From Vitiosangium sp. GDMCC 1.1324 (GTDB taxonomy: Bacteria; Myxococcota; Myxococcia; Myxococcales; Myxococcaceae), in the NCBI RefSeq assembly GCF_003044305.1, contig NZ_PZOX01000005.1, positions 323,493 to 387,492 of the forward strand: DNA of 64,000 nt, written 5' to 3'. The first letter of the stretch is position 1; each line of letters starts with the position of its first letter. The notes beneath the pieces are model-generated. The model made no database searches. It saw only the letters and a program-made list of their open reading frames with translations, and was not told the DNA's origin. A program made the position numbers and the translations under genes. Of the stretch, positions 8,845 through 21,097 are shown piece after piece.

Positions 8845-9804
8845 ATGCGGACCTCCTGGCTCCTCCTCCTGGGCTGCCTCGCCACCGCGTGCGGTGGGAA
8901 CCTCTCCAACGACGACCTCGAGTTCTTCAACGCATTGCCGATGCGAGAGGACCTGGCTTCCAAGCTGCCCGGGAGCGAGCGCTCCGCCAGCGGGGGAGGC
9001 CTGCGCCAGCGCTCGGACCTGTTGACGCTGGGGGCTCCCTCGGAAATCTACGTGGAGACGCGCGCGGCGTCGGACACGTTCAACCAGGGGATGGATGGGC
9101 TGCTCACCGTGCTGGAGGAGATCCGCAAGCTCCCGCCGACGACGCGCGGACCGGATTACCGCGTGTGGGGACCCTGGCCGGACGAGCAGCATCCCGGCCA
9201 CGAGGTGCGCTTCCTGATGGTCCGCGACGCGAACACCTTCGGCTACCAACTCCAGTTCCGGCCCAAGGGCTCCGGCGAGGAAGGGTGGTGGTCCGCCCTG
9301 GAGGGAACCTTCCAGGCGGACGGAGGGCTGCGCAAGGGCACGGGCGCGGTGCGGGTACTCGTCAAGGAGACGAAGGCCCACGGCTTCGACATGGGGTCTC
9401 TGTCGGGGATGGACCTGTTGGAGATCGTCTATCAAACGCGGGCGCTGCCCATCAGCGTGCGGATGCGCTTCGTGCCCGCCTCCACCCAGGCCGCGTCGGA
9501 GATCCTCTACGCGTACCGCGAGATTCCCGGGGGCCTGGGGGAGATGGGGTTCGTGCTCCAGGACACCGACCTGATCCCCGGGACACAGAAGGAGGATCTG
9601 ACCATCCTCAGCCGGTGGACGCGGGACAGCGGGGGCGTAGGAGTCATCTCGGTGACGGGCGGAGACGTTCCCGCGGGCTTCACGTGGACCCAGATCGAGT
9701 GCTGGGATGCCAGCTTCCGCCTCACCTACCTGAAGCAGAGCTGGGAGACGGCGGCGATAGGCAACGCCTCCGCCTGCCCGGACGTGTCCGCGCTGGAGAA
9801 CTGA
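8845..9804 (+). CDS. lipoprotein, paralog of the 4891..5892 product (RVWGP... and ECWDASF motifs)
   Basis: MRTSWLLLLGCLATAC lipobox. Sits 13 nt after the caspase gene on the same strand. Shares the C-terminal motif TQIECWDASFRLTYL with 4891..5892. Confidence 0.75.
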   Translation: MRTSWLLLLGCLATACGGNLSNDDLEFFNALPMREDLASKLPGSERSASGGGLRQRSDLLTLGAPSEIYVETRAASDTFNQGMDGLLTVLEEIRKLPPTTRGPDYRVWGPWPDEQHPGHEVRFLMVRDANTFGYQLQFRPKGSGEEGWWSALEGTFQADGGLRKGTGAVRVLVKETKAHGFDMGSLSGMDLLEIVYQTRALPISVRMRFVPASTQAASEILYAYREIPGGLGEMGFVLQDTDLIPGTQKEDLTILSRWTRDSGGVGVISVTGGDVPAGFTWTQIECWDASFRLTYLKQSWETAAIGNASACPDVSALEN

Positions 9805-9819
9805 GGGCGCGCGAGCCCA

Positions 9820-11016
9820 TCACGGAGTCACGGCGGCGGCGAAGTGACGCTTGCCCTCGTGGATGGTGAGGATGACCGCCGGCTTCACCGGGTTGCGATC
9901 GGCATCCATGGTGAGGGTGCCCGTGGCGCCGGGGAAGTCCTTCGTGCTCGCGAGCGCGTCCCGGATGTCCGGGCCCGAGAGCGACTTCGCCCGCTCGATG
10001 GCGGCGAGCGCCACCTTGGCGGCGTCATAGCCCAGCGCGGAGGCGGCCTCGGGAGAGCGGCCGTAGCGCGCCCGGAACGAGGTGATGAAGCGCTGCAATT
10101 CGGGCGCGGGGTTGTCCTCGGCGTAGTGCGAGGAGTAGTAGGCGCCCTCGAGCGCACCACCCGCGAGCTCGAAGATGCGATCCGATTCCCAACCATCCCC
10201 GCCCAGCAAGGGCTGCATCAGCCCCAGCTCGCGCGCCTGGCGGGCGATGACCCCCACCTCGCTGTAGAAGCCCGGCAGGTACACCGCCTGGGGCTTCGCC
10301 TTCTTCACCGCCAGCAGCGGCGCACGGTAGTCCGTGTCGCCCTTGGAGTAGCTCTCCACGGCCACCACCGTCCCGCCCAGCTTCTTGAAGGCCTCGGTGA
10401 AGGCCTCGCTCAATCCGAGCGAGGAGGCGTTCTTGCTGTCATGCAGCACCGCCACGCGATCGATCTTCAGGTGCTCCCGGGCGAAGCGCGCCATGGCACC
10501 ACCCTGAAAGGGATCGATGAAGCAGGTGCGGAAGATGAAGTCGCCCTTCTTCGTCACGTCCGGGTGGGTGGCCGAGGGCGTCACCATGGGAACGCGCGCC
10601 GCCTGCACCGCGTCCGCGATGGCCAGCGAGCCGGAAGACGTCACGTCTCCGAGGATGAGCACCACCCGGTCCTGCGTGAGGAGACGCTTGGCCGCGGCCA
10701 CGGACTCCTCGAGCTTGCCCTGGGTGTCATAGGAGCGGAGCTCCACCTTGCGGCCCTTCACTCCGCCCGAGGCATTCACCTGCTCCACCGCGAACTGGAT
10801 GCCATCGCGAACCACCGTACCGAACGAGGCCTCCGAGCCCGTGAGGCTCCCGAGCATCCCGATGACGATCGGCCCCTCGTCCGCGGCAGCACGCTGCTCC
10901 GAAGAGGCAGCCGACGGAGCCGGAGACGATTGAGGAGGAGACTTCCGCTCACAAGCGAGGGAGCACAGCGCGAAGACGGCGAGCAGCGGAACGAAGCGAT
11001 GCATGAGGTGGCTCAC
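9820..11016 (-). CDS. ABC transporter substrate-binding lipoprotein, branched-chain amino-acid (LivK/LivJ-type, periplasmic binding protein type I)
   Basis: Lipobox (FALCSLAC). Motifs IVIGMLGSLTGSEASFG and GVKGRKVELRSYDTQ typical of Leu/Ile/Val-binding proteins. The start could be Met5 at 11004. Confidence 0.8.
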   Translation of the reverse strand: MSHLMHRFVPLLAVFALCSLACERKSPPQSSPAPSAASSEQRAAADEGPIVIGMLGSLTGSEASFGTVVRDGIQFAVEQVNASGGVKGRKVELRSYDTQGKLEESVAAAKRLLTQDRVVLILGDVTSSGSLAIADAVQAARVPMVTPSATHPDVTKKGDFIFRTCFIDPFQGGAMARFAREHLKIDRVAVLHDSKNASSLGLSEAFTEAFKKLGGTVVAVESYSKGDTDYRAPLLAVKKAKPQAVYLPGFYSEVGVIARQARELGLMQPLLGGDGWESDRIFELAGGALEGAYYSSHYAEDNPAPELQRFITSFRARYGRSPEAASALGYDAAKVALAAIERAKSLSGPDIRDALASTKDFPGATGTLTMDADRNPVKPAVILTIHEGKRHFAAAVTP

Positions 11017-11102
11017 GGGGAGCGCACTCTGTCATGGACGCCGGAGGTGGGCATCTCGGATGCACCCGAGCCGCCCGGAAGGCGGGCCTGTGCGCGGGGT
11101 CC

Positions 11103-12470
11103 TCAGGCGGCGCCCTGGGCTCCTCCCTCCGGTGCGGTGGAGGGCTCCTCCTCGGGAGGCTCGACCGGGCGGACCGGGAGCTCGATGCGCAGCCGCGCCC
11201 CGCCCTCGGGACGGTTGCTGGCGGTGAGCGCGCCGCCGAACTGCTCCACCAGCTCGCGCGACAGGGTCAGACCCAGGCCGGTGCCCTTCTCGGGGCTCTT
11301 GGTGGTGAAGAAGGCCTCGAAGAGCCGGGACAGCACATGCGGGGCGAACCCGGGCCCGTTGTCCTCGACGAGCAGCACCACGCGCTCCTGCTCGGCCCGG
11401 CCCGTCACCCGCACCTCGCCACCCTCCACCTTGTGCGACTCCAGCACGTCGCCCGCGTTGACCAGCAGGTTGAGCAGCACCTGCACCAGCCGCTGCCGCA
11501 CGGCGAAGATCTCCGGCAGGTCCGCGGGCACGTCCACCCGCAGCAGCGCCACGTGCTTGAGCCGGAGCGAGGCCAGCTTCATGGCATCGGCCACCACGTC
11601 CGCCAGAGAACACGGCGTGGGCTCGTTGGCGTCCATCCGCGCGAAGCCCCTCAGGTCCGCGACGACCTGCCGGATGTGCTGGATGCCCACGCGCGTCTCC
11701 GCGAGCACCTCGGCCAGCTCCTCCCGGTCCACCTCCCGCCCCGACGTCAGCTCGTTGCGCACGAAGTCGACGTTGGAGCCGACGTAGGCGATCGGGTTGT
11801 TGATCTCATGCGCCACCCCCGACGCCAGCCGCCCGACGATGGCCAGCTTCTCCGACTGGGCCCGGCGATGCTCGCTCAGGGCCAGGGCCTCCAGGGACTC
11901 GCGGCGGGCGCGCTCGAGCCGGGCCTGCTGCTCGGCCGTCTGGACGTGGCGCGCCTGGCGCGAGAGGAAGTCCGCCAGCACCGCGGTGCCCATCATCATG
12001 AGCACCCAGGTCAACCGCTCGGCGAAGGAGTGATTCGCCCCCCCCACGAGCACGAGGGTGCCCACGAAGCTCACCCCGCCCGCGGCGAGGGTGGCGCGCC
12101 GATCCTCGCGGAGGACCAGGGCGGTGCCGAGCGGCAGGGTGGGCACCATGACGAAGTAGGGGCTCCCCACGCCTCCCATCACGAAGGAGAGCCCCGCGAC
12201 GCAGATGCCGGACAGCCCCACGGACACATAGACCCGCCAGCGCGCCCCGGACGAGGAGTCCCCCGGAATGCCCCACATGAGCAGCAGGCTCACCACCCAC
12301 CCCAGGCGGAACACGAGTGCCCAGACGCTGAAGGAGCCCAGGTAGAGGACGTCCACCCCGTAGAAGCCCAGGATGATCGCGGCGAGCCCCCAGAGCATCC
12401 GGCTGTTCCAGACACCTCGCTGCTCGTCCCGCTCGGCGGGGGTCGGCCCGGGTTCAGGGGAGCGAGGCAT
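11103..12470 (-). CDS. membrane sensor histidine kinase (HisKA + HATPase_c)
   Basis: About 6 TM helices. H-box (ASGVAHEINNP), N-box (NLLVNAGD) and G-boxes (DNGPGF, GTGLGLTLS). Start placed at MPRSPEP (Met51 of the track ORF), so the exact start is uncertain. Confidence 0.75.
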   Translation of the reverse strand: MPRSPEPGPTPAERDEQRGVWNSRMLWGLAAIILGFYGVDVLYLGSFSVWALVFRLGWVVSLLLMWGIPGDSSSGARWRVYVSVGLSGICVAGLSFVMGGVGSPYFVMVPTLPLGTALVLREDRRATLAAGGVSFVGTLVLVGGANHSFAERLTWVLMMMGTAVLADFLSRQARHVQTAEQQARLERARRESLEALALSEHRRAQSEKLAIVGRLASGVAHEINNPIAYVGSNVDFVRNELTSGREVDREELAEVLAETRVGIQHIRQVVADLRGFARMDANEPTPCSLADVVADAMKLASLRLKHVALLRVDVPADLPEIFAVRQRLVQVLLNLLVNAGDVLESHKVEGGEVRVTGRAEQERVVLLVEDNGPGFAPHVLSRLFEAFFTTKSPEKGTGLGLTLSRELVEQFGGALTASNRPEGGARLRIELPVRPVEPPEEEPSTAPEGGAQGAA

Positions 12471-12671
12471 CAAGGAATTCACCGGGATACGGGAAGCGGA
12501 GCATCTTCTTCCGGAAAGGCACTGAAACCCGAAAAGCGTACCACGTCTCCGGTGGGGAGCAGGCGTCGCGTCCCGTGGCTGACGGGCAGCTCCATCCTTC
12601 CTTGACTCGGTGGGGGTCACTCTCTAGGTTGACTCCCTTACCTCAGTACCCTGCGAAGGATCTTCTCCACC

Positions 12672-12923
12672 ATGGCTCGCGTCACAGTCGAAGACTGCCT
12701 CCCCCTGGTCGACAACCGCTTCGCGCTCGTGCTGCTGGCGGCCAAGCGCGCCCGTCAGCTCATGGCCGGCGCCCGCCCCATCATCGACACCTCGAAGAAC
12801 AAGCCCCCCGTGCTCTCGCTGCGCGAGGTCGCCACCGGCCGGGTGAAGTTCGACCGGGACGTGCGCGAGGCCCTCACGGGCAAGTACTCGCAGAACGAGC
12901 CGCCGAAGGCCAACGCCAGCTAG
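12672..12923 (+). CDS. rpoZ: DNA-directed RNA polymerase subunit omega
   Basis: [30 protein letters not shown] is the canonical RpoZ N-terminus. 83 aa. ATG at 12672. Confidence 0.85.
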   Translation: MARVTVEDCLPLVDNRFALVLLAAKRARQLMAGARPIIDTSKNKPPVLSLREVATGRVKFDRDVREALTGKYSQNEPPKANAS

Positions 12924-13399
12924 TCCCCGGAGCCCTCCGGACGCACTCCGGAGAGGGCGAGGGTGGCCCCCGCGCGCAGCAGCATCCTGGCCGCTCGCGC
13001 GGCAATGGCCTTCTCGCCCTTGTAGCCCAGCAGGGCCGCCACCCGGGCGAGCGGTACCCAGCGCGTCTCGTCCACCTCCACCCGGTGTCCCTCGTGCTGG
13101 ATGTCTCCCAGCACCCCGGACTCGTGGCGGAAGAGGAAGAAGTGGACGCGCTTGAAGATGCGCTGTCCGCGGAACTGGTAGACGTAGCGGATCTCCCCCA
13201 GCGGCGCGACGAGCGTGGCCCTCAGGCCCGTCTCCTCCCACACCTCACGTACGGCCGTCTGCTCGGGCGACTCCCCGGGGTCCACATGCCCCTTGGGAAG
13301 CGCCCACAGGGAGCGGCCGTGGGGCCGGATGACGGCCACCTCCAGCTCGCCCCCCTGTTCTCGGACGACAACTCCTCCAGCGGAGGCCTCACGGGGCAT
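12920..13399 (-). CDS. NUDIX hydrolase
   Basis: Nudix box [23 protein letters not shown] (GX5EX7REVXEEXGU). Confidence 0.85.
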   Translation of the reverse strand: MPREASAGGVVVREQGGELEVAVIRPHGRSLWALPKGHVDPGESPEQTAVREVWEETGLRATLVAPLGEIRYVYQFRGQRIFKRVHFFLFRHESGVLGDIQHEGHRVEVDETRWVPLARVAALLGYKGEKAIAARAARMLLRAGATLALSGVRPEGSGD

Positions 13400-13434
13400 A
13401 CGCCCTCAAGGTAACCGATGCCCGGCCGCCGCGT

Positions 13435-14076
13435 TCATGAGACTTGCGCGAAGTGCCTCAGCTTGGCTTCTGCACCCAACCGGTACGCGTAACGCAGCTC
13501 CGACAGGAGCCGCTCCAGCCGCCGGGCCGTCACGTGCCCCATCAGCCGGGAGCAGAAGTTGCGCGACAGCCGGTTGGCCTCCTCGTAGCGCCAGCGCTCC
13601 TCCCCGGACAGCTGCTCCCGGTAGGACACCCGATCGAACAGCCTCCGCCGCAGCTCCCCCGCCCACGCCCCCACCCCATCCCCCCACCGGTGCAGCAGGC
13701 ACAGGGCGAACTTGTCCACCTCCGCCTGGGCCTCCAGCTCCAGCAGCGACACGGTACGCCCATGTGTGGCCGTGTGCGCCACATAGACAAAGTGGGACAC
13801 ACCCTCGGCGAGCTGGCAGAAGCCGTCCAGCTCGCGCTCCAGCAGGGAGGCCACCGGGCCGCTCTCGTAGGGCTTGAGGCGGTGGAGCAGCGAGGGGGCG
13901 AGGTAGAGGGCGAGCTCCAGCTGCCCCTCCCCCTCGAGCACCAGCAACTCCTCCTCGGCGCGTCCGGTGGCGCCGAGCTGGACGGCGGCCTCCGTGTCCA
14001 CCACGAAGACCTCCGCCCGGGCGGCGCAGGTAATCCCGTAGATGGCCTCCAGGTGCGCCTGAACGCGACCGATCAT
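13435..14076 (-). CDS. hypothetical protein (213 aa), co-oriented with the NUDIX gene
   Basis: Normal composition (K/E/F/Y present). The overlapping alternative frame 13406..14245 is R/G/A/P-rich and was rejected. Confidence 0.55.
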   Translation of the reverse strand: MIGRVQAHLEAIYGITCAARAEVFVVDTEAAVQLGATGRAEEELLVLEGEGQLELALYLAPSLLHRLKPYESGPVASLLERELDGFCQLAEGVSHFVYVAHTATHGRTVSLLELEAQAEVDKFALCLLHRWGDGVGAWAGELRRRLFDRVSYREQLSGEERWRYEEANRLSRNFCSRLMGHVTARRLERLLSELRYAYRLGAEAKLRHFAQVS

Positions 14077-14090
14077 GCAGGGCTCTCCGG

Positions 14091-14684
14091 CTAGTTGGGC
14101 AGACCCTTGGGCACCACCATGCCGGCGTCCACGAGCACCTGCTCCAGCCGGTCATTCCCCGTGCGCACCCAGCTCTCGTACACCTTGAGGGTGCCCGAGG
14201 GGCCGTTCTGTACCAGCCCTCGCGCGGCGATCTCCTCGAGCACATCCACCAGGGCGCGGAAGCGGGCGCTCAGCTCGCGGTAGACGGAGGCGAAGCCCGC
14301 GGCGGGTGCCAGGTCGGCCACCTGCCCGTAGGCCGCCCCACCCATCTGGATGTAGTAGTCCTGCCCCACCGGCCCCTCGCGCAGCGCGCCCGAGAAGAAC
14401 CCGGCCTGGTAGAGCGAGACGTCCCCCAGCCGCCGCAGCGTGCGGATGCGCTCGTCCCGCTGCTGCTGGAGCGCGCGGTGGTAGAGCATCGCCAGCGGCT
14501 CCTGCTCCTTGCGCCCGTCATCGCCCTTGCTGAACAGGTTGTCCGCGCTCGCGAACTCGGCCAGCAGGTTCACCAGATAGAACTCGGTCGTCTCCGCGAC
14601 CGCGAGCTTCTGGCGCCGGATGACTTCATCCAACAGCGTCCTGAAGAACTCCTTCAACGACGGGGCCGTCACCAGTTGACTCAT
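14091..14684 (-). CDS. hypothetical protein (197 aa), first gene of a probable 3-gene minus-strand operon
   Basis: Normal composition. Lies 14 nt upstream of the next minus-strand gene. Divergent from the groES promoter. Confidence 0.55.
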   Translation of the reverse strand: MSQLVTAPSLKEFFRTLLDEVIRRQKLAVAETTEFYLVNLLAEFASADNLFSKGDDGRKEQEPLAMLYHRALQQQRDERIRTLRRLGDVSLYQAGFFSGALREGPVGQDYYIQMGGAAYGQVADLAPAAGFASVYRELSARFRALVDVLEEIAARGLVQNGPSGTLKVYESWVRTGNDRLEQVLVDAGMVVPKGLPN

Positions 14685-14938
14685 GGACTCTCGACCTCCC
14701 TCGTCCCCGGGGAAGAATCAGGCCGGGGACGCCATGAAAAATTTACCAACGGCCCCCCACATGCCGCAAAAGGACCTCCAGTCATTCCGGACACTTACGC
14801 TGGCACTCGCCACCTCCGACTGCCAGAAACGCACGGCCTGCCCACCCACCAGGCCCAGGATGTCCACAGGCAGACAGAGTCGAAAAAGCGAGTTGTGACG
14901 AGGGTTTGGCGGAACCCTGCCCTCGGGTCTGGGCTCGC

Positions 14939-14966
14939 TTGACGGGTCGACTTCGCTGGTTATTAT
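14939..14966 (+). promoter_or_regulatory. sigma-70-type promoter of groESL (TTGACG-N16-TATTAT)
   Basis: -35 TTGACG at 14939-14944 and -10 TATTAT at 14961-14966. Lies 16 nt upstream of the CIRCE operator. Confidence 0.5.
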
Positions 14967-14982
14967 CCCGCGCGCTCGCCGG

Positions 14983-15009
14983 TTAGCACTCATGTGGTGT
15001 GAGTGCTAA
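14983..15009 (+). promoter_or_regulatory. CIRCE (HrcA operator) inverted repeat TTAGCACTC-N9-GAGTGCTAA
   Basis: Perfect match to the CIRCE consensus. Located 83 nt upstream of the groES start. Confidence 0.9.
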
Positions 15010-15091
15010 CGGCCCAGGGCCCCAGGCCCCATTTCCAACCCCTACACGGGTGCCCCGTGAGCGGGGTGCCTCATCAGGAAGGAGACAAACC

Positions 15092-15382
15092 GTGAAGATT
15101 CGTCCCCTGCAGGATCGTCTGATCATCAAGCGCGTGGCCGAGGAGAACAAGACCAAGGGTGGTCTGTTCATCCCCGACACCGCCAAGGAGAAGCCCCTCG
15201 AGGGCAAGGTGATCGCCGTCGGCAACGGCAAGGTGCTCGAGGACGGCAAGGTCCGCCCGCTCGACATCAAGGCTGGCGACACCATCCTGTTCAGCAAGTA
15301 CGCGGGCACGGAGATCAAGATCGACGGCGAGGACCACCTCATCCTCCGTGAGGAGGATGTGCTCGGCGTGATCGAGAAGTAA
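15092..15382 (+). CDS. groES: co-chaperonin GroES
   Basis: GTG start after an AGGAAGGAGA ribosome-binding site. [14 protein letters not shown]...GKVIAVGNG is canonical. Confidence 0.95.
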   Translation: MKIRPLQDRLIIKRVAEENKTKGGLFIPDTAKEKPLEGKVIAVGNGKVLEDGKVRPLDIKAGDTILFSKYAGTEIKIDGEDHLILREEDVLGVIEK

Positions 15383-17065
<1,683 letters not shown>

Positions 17066-17079
17066 TCCCCTCCAGGACT

Positions 17080-17107
17080 CCGGAGCGCGGCTCCTCCCGC
17101 GCTCCGG
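17080..17107 (+). terminator. GC-rich hairpin (11-bp perfect stem CCGGAGCGCGG / CCGCGCTCCGG) downstream of groEL
   Basis: Inverted repeat 15 nt after the groEL stop. No strong U-tract. Confidence 0.5.
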
Positions 17108-17250
17108 GTGCCTCGCAACGGCCTCCGGTTCCCTCGTGGAATCGGGGGCCGTTCGCGTTTGCGGGAAGCCAGCGGGCATCCATCGGGCGGCCATCGGGTG
17201 GCGCGCTGTCCCCTGCCCTCTTAGTTTGGAGGAAGACACCAGGAGGACAT

Positions 17251-17505
17251 GTGAAGCCCGTCAAAATCTACACCACCACCTACTGCGGCTACTGCGTCCG
17301 GGCGAAGGATCTGCTCACGCGCAAGGGCGTGAAGTACGAGGAGCTGGACGTCACCGGCAACGACGACATGCGCGAGAAGCTGGTGGAGATGAGCGGCGGC
17401 CAGCGGACCGTGCCGCAGATCTGGATCGGCGACACCCACGTGGGTGGGTACTCGGACCTCGCCCGCCTGGAGACCGAGGGTCGGCTCGATCCGCTGCTGG
17501 CCTGA
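17251..17505 (+). CDS. glutaredoxin (Grx3-type, CGYC active site)
   Basis: KIYTTTYCGYCVRAKDLL...TVPQIWIGDTHVGGYSDL. AGGAGGA ribosome-binding site. GTG start. Confidence 0.9.
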   Translation: MKPVKIYTTTYCGYCVRAKDLLTRKGVKYEELDVTGNDDMREKLVEMSGGQRTVPQIWIGDTHVGGYSDLARLETEGRLDPLLA

Positions 17506-17617
17506 GCCTGAGCCATCCACGATGCCCGGGGGCAGGCGGCCAGCCAGTCCCCATGGGCGTCCTCCCTCCGCCGTGAGCAGGTTGCCCGGAGTGATGGGCT
17601 CACACAGGAGGTGGACG

Positions 17618-18058
17618 ATGGCAGAGACAGGGGAACAGGTCACCGGCACCAAGGACGAGAACTACGACGTCATCAGCGTGCTCTACCACTGTCTCCAGGC
17701 GGCCTCGTCGGTGGACCAGTACATCCAGGACGCCGATCAGAGCGGGGACCGGGAGCTGGTGGACTTCTTCCGCGACTACCAGGAGTCCCAGCGTGACCTG
17801 GCCGAGCGCGCGAAGAACCTGCTCGCGGCCCGGCTGATGCGGACCGGGCGCGTGCAGACCCGGAAGAGCCAGAAGGCCGCGGGCGGCAGGAAGGGCGGCA
17901 GGAAGCCGGTGGTGGATGCGGGCCAGGGAATCAGCCCGGAGCAGCTCGGCGCCCAGACCAACGCCCAGGTGAACTCCGGCGGCCCCGAGTTCGAGGACCT
18001 CGTAGACGAGGAGTCCATGGAGTCCTTCCCGGCCAGCGACCCGCCCGGCAGGTACTAG
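17618..18058 (+). CDS. hypothetical protein with a helical N-domain and a Lys/Gly-rich low-complexity C-region
   Basis: ATG at 17618 after GGAGGTGG. Opens MAETGEQVTGTKDENYDVISVLYHCLQAASSVDQYIQDA and ends ESFPASDPPGRY. Domain family not confidently recognised. Confidence 0.5.
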   Translation: MAETGEQVTGTKDENYDVISVLYHCLQAASSVDQYIQDADQSGDRELVDFFRDYQESQRDLAERAKNLLAARLMRTGRVQTRKSQKAAGGRKGGRKPVVDAGQGISPEQLGAQTNAQVNSGGPEFEDLVDEESMESFPASDPPGRY

Positions 18059-18354
18059 CGGCGAACAGCTGCGCTTCGACAACCCAGGGCTGGCAACCCG
18101 ATGCGCTGCTTCAGCACACCGGGATGTCGGCCTGTTCGTGCGCGAAGCCCCGGACGGGCAGAAAACCTGGCTCCGTTTGAGGCCGCGTTCGCCGTCCGGA
18201 TGGAAATTTTCCCGAGCGACTCCTGCCCTGACGCACTGCCCCGCGGGCCTCGTCGGTAACGCTTGCCCCCGCCGTACCAACCCCCATAAACAGGGAACTC
18301 CCGCGACGCTGGCGGTGCTCGTAGCACTCCGCTCCGGGGGGAGGGTCTACGCCA

Positions 18355-19740
<1,386 letters not shown>

Positions 19741-19778
19741 GTCCCCCCGCTGTCCCAACCCCAAGGGAGATCCCCGAC

Positions 19779-20969
19779 ATGATGCGCCGTATCGCCATCG
19801 CCTCCGTCCTCTTCGTCGCGGCTGGGTGTGCCACCCAGGAGCAGGCCCAGAAGAAGCAGCAGGGCCCGACCACCAAAGAGGAGCGGATGCGCATCACCAA
19901 CCAGTCGCCGTTCGACGTGGCGGTGTGCCAGCCCAAGACGCGCTCCCTGCCCCAGCCCGCCAACCAGGAAGTCATCCTGGGCGCGCTCACCTCCGCCCGC
20001 CCCCAGGTGCTCGAGTGTCTGGTGGATCCCAAGTCCCGCGGCGCCGCGGACACCACCAACGTGACGGTGAAGACCACCGTCAACGACCAGGGCGGCACCC
20101 ACGCCGTCTCCGGGGAGAACCTCACCCCCGAGGGCACCGCGTGCATCCAGAAGGTGGTGGATACGCAGGTGCCGCTCACCGCCCTGCCCAAGGGCGCGCA
20201 GCCGGTGACGTCCGAGAGCAGCTTCGTCCACGAGACGAGCAACAGCGCCAGCGTCAAGTTCGGCATCAACCCGGGCTCGGACTACTCGGGCACCGTGCGG
20301 CTCGCCCTGCCCACCTGGTGTGACTGCTACGCGAGCTTCGGAAACAAGGCTCCGCCCATCCTCAAGGCCAGCGTGGACCTGAAGAAGGGCCTGGCGACCG
20401 CGGCCGACATCACCTTCGATCCCGTGGGCACCCCCGAGGGTGACCAGCTCGCCGCCTGCCTCAAGGGCAAGATGATGGCGCTGCCGGCCAAGCTGGAGAC
20501 GGACGAGCTGAAGTTCGGCTACCGCTTCGTCCAGTTCAACTCGCAGGCCTCCGAGCCCGCCGCGGACCTGCCGCCCGAGCTGCGCTTCCTGCAGCTGGAC
20601 CTGGTGCGCAACCAGCGCTCCGCCGACGTGGCCATCGCCTCGGGCGCCCGCACCAACGCCGCCGAGGCCTATGACGCCATCGTCACCAAGTACCAGAAGA
20701 GCAAGGACTGGAAGCTGATCGACGAGCTGAAGACCAAGTGCAAGGCGCTCGTCGACTCCGCCCAGGGCTGGGTGAACGCGATCGACTCCCAGCTCAAGGT
20801 GGACCAGGCCTCGCTGGCCATCGTCCAGGAGCTCAAGGCCAAGGACACGGCCTGGGCCGATGTGGAGACGAAGAGCCAGGAGGTCATCGGCAACACCGAG
20901 AAGTACCTGGCCAATGCCCAGCAGCGTCTCAAGGACGACCAGGCGGCCTGCCCCAAGGAGCGCAAGTAG
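19779..20969 (+). CDS. lipoprotein (396 aa), probably co-transcribed with the FHA-EBP gene
   Basis: AAGGGAGA ribosome-binding site. MMRRIAIASVLFVAAGC lipobox. Confidence 0.7.
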   Translation: MMRRIAIASVLFVAAGCATQEQAQKKQQGPTTKEERMRITNQSPFDVAVCQPKTRSLPQPANQEVILGALTSARPQVLECLVDPKSRGAADTTNVTVKTTVNDQGGTHAVSGENLTPEGTACIQKVVDTQVPLTALPKGAQPVTSESSFVHETSNSASVKFGINPGSDYSGTVRLALPTWCDCYASFGNKAPPILKASVDLKKGLATAADITFDPVGTPEGDQLAACLKGKMMALPAKLETDELKFGYRFVQFNSQASEPAADLPPELRFLQLDLVRNQRSADVAIASGARTNAAEAYDAIVTKYQKSKDWKLIDELKTKCKALVDSAQGWVNAIDSQLKVDQASLAIVQELKAKDTAWADVETKSQEVIGNTEKYLANAQQRLKDDQAACPKERK

Positions 20970-21006
20970 CACGCGCTCCGGCCCGAGCACACGGGCCTGA
21001 AACGAC

Positions 21007-21042
21007 GAAGGCGCGGGACCTGGAGCCAGGTTCCGCGCCTTC
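21007..21042 (+). terminator. hairpin (GAAGGCGCGGGACC...GGTTCCGCGCCTTC) followed by TTCAATTCAA
   Basis: Near-perfect 14-bp inverted repeat 38 nt after the lipoprotein stop. Confidence 0.45.
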
Positions 21043-21097
21043 TTCAATTCAACCGCCATGGCAGGCGATACCGCCCATTCCTAGATTGAACACAGCC

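Noticed and set aside
13406-14245. 279-aa alternative frame overlapping 13435..14076
   Set aside because: Extremely R/G/A/P-rich. The 213-aa frame has a normal composition.
18091-18104. sigma-54-like TGGCA-N-TGC motif upstream of the FHA-EBP gene
   Set aside because: The GG to GC spacing is one nucleotide short of the -24/-12 consensus. The match is too weak to call.
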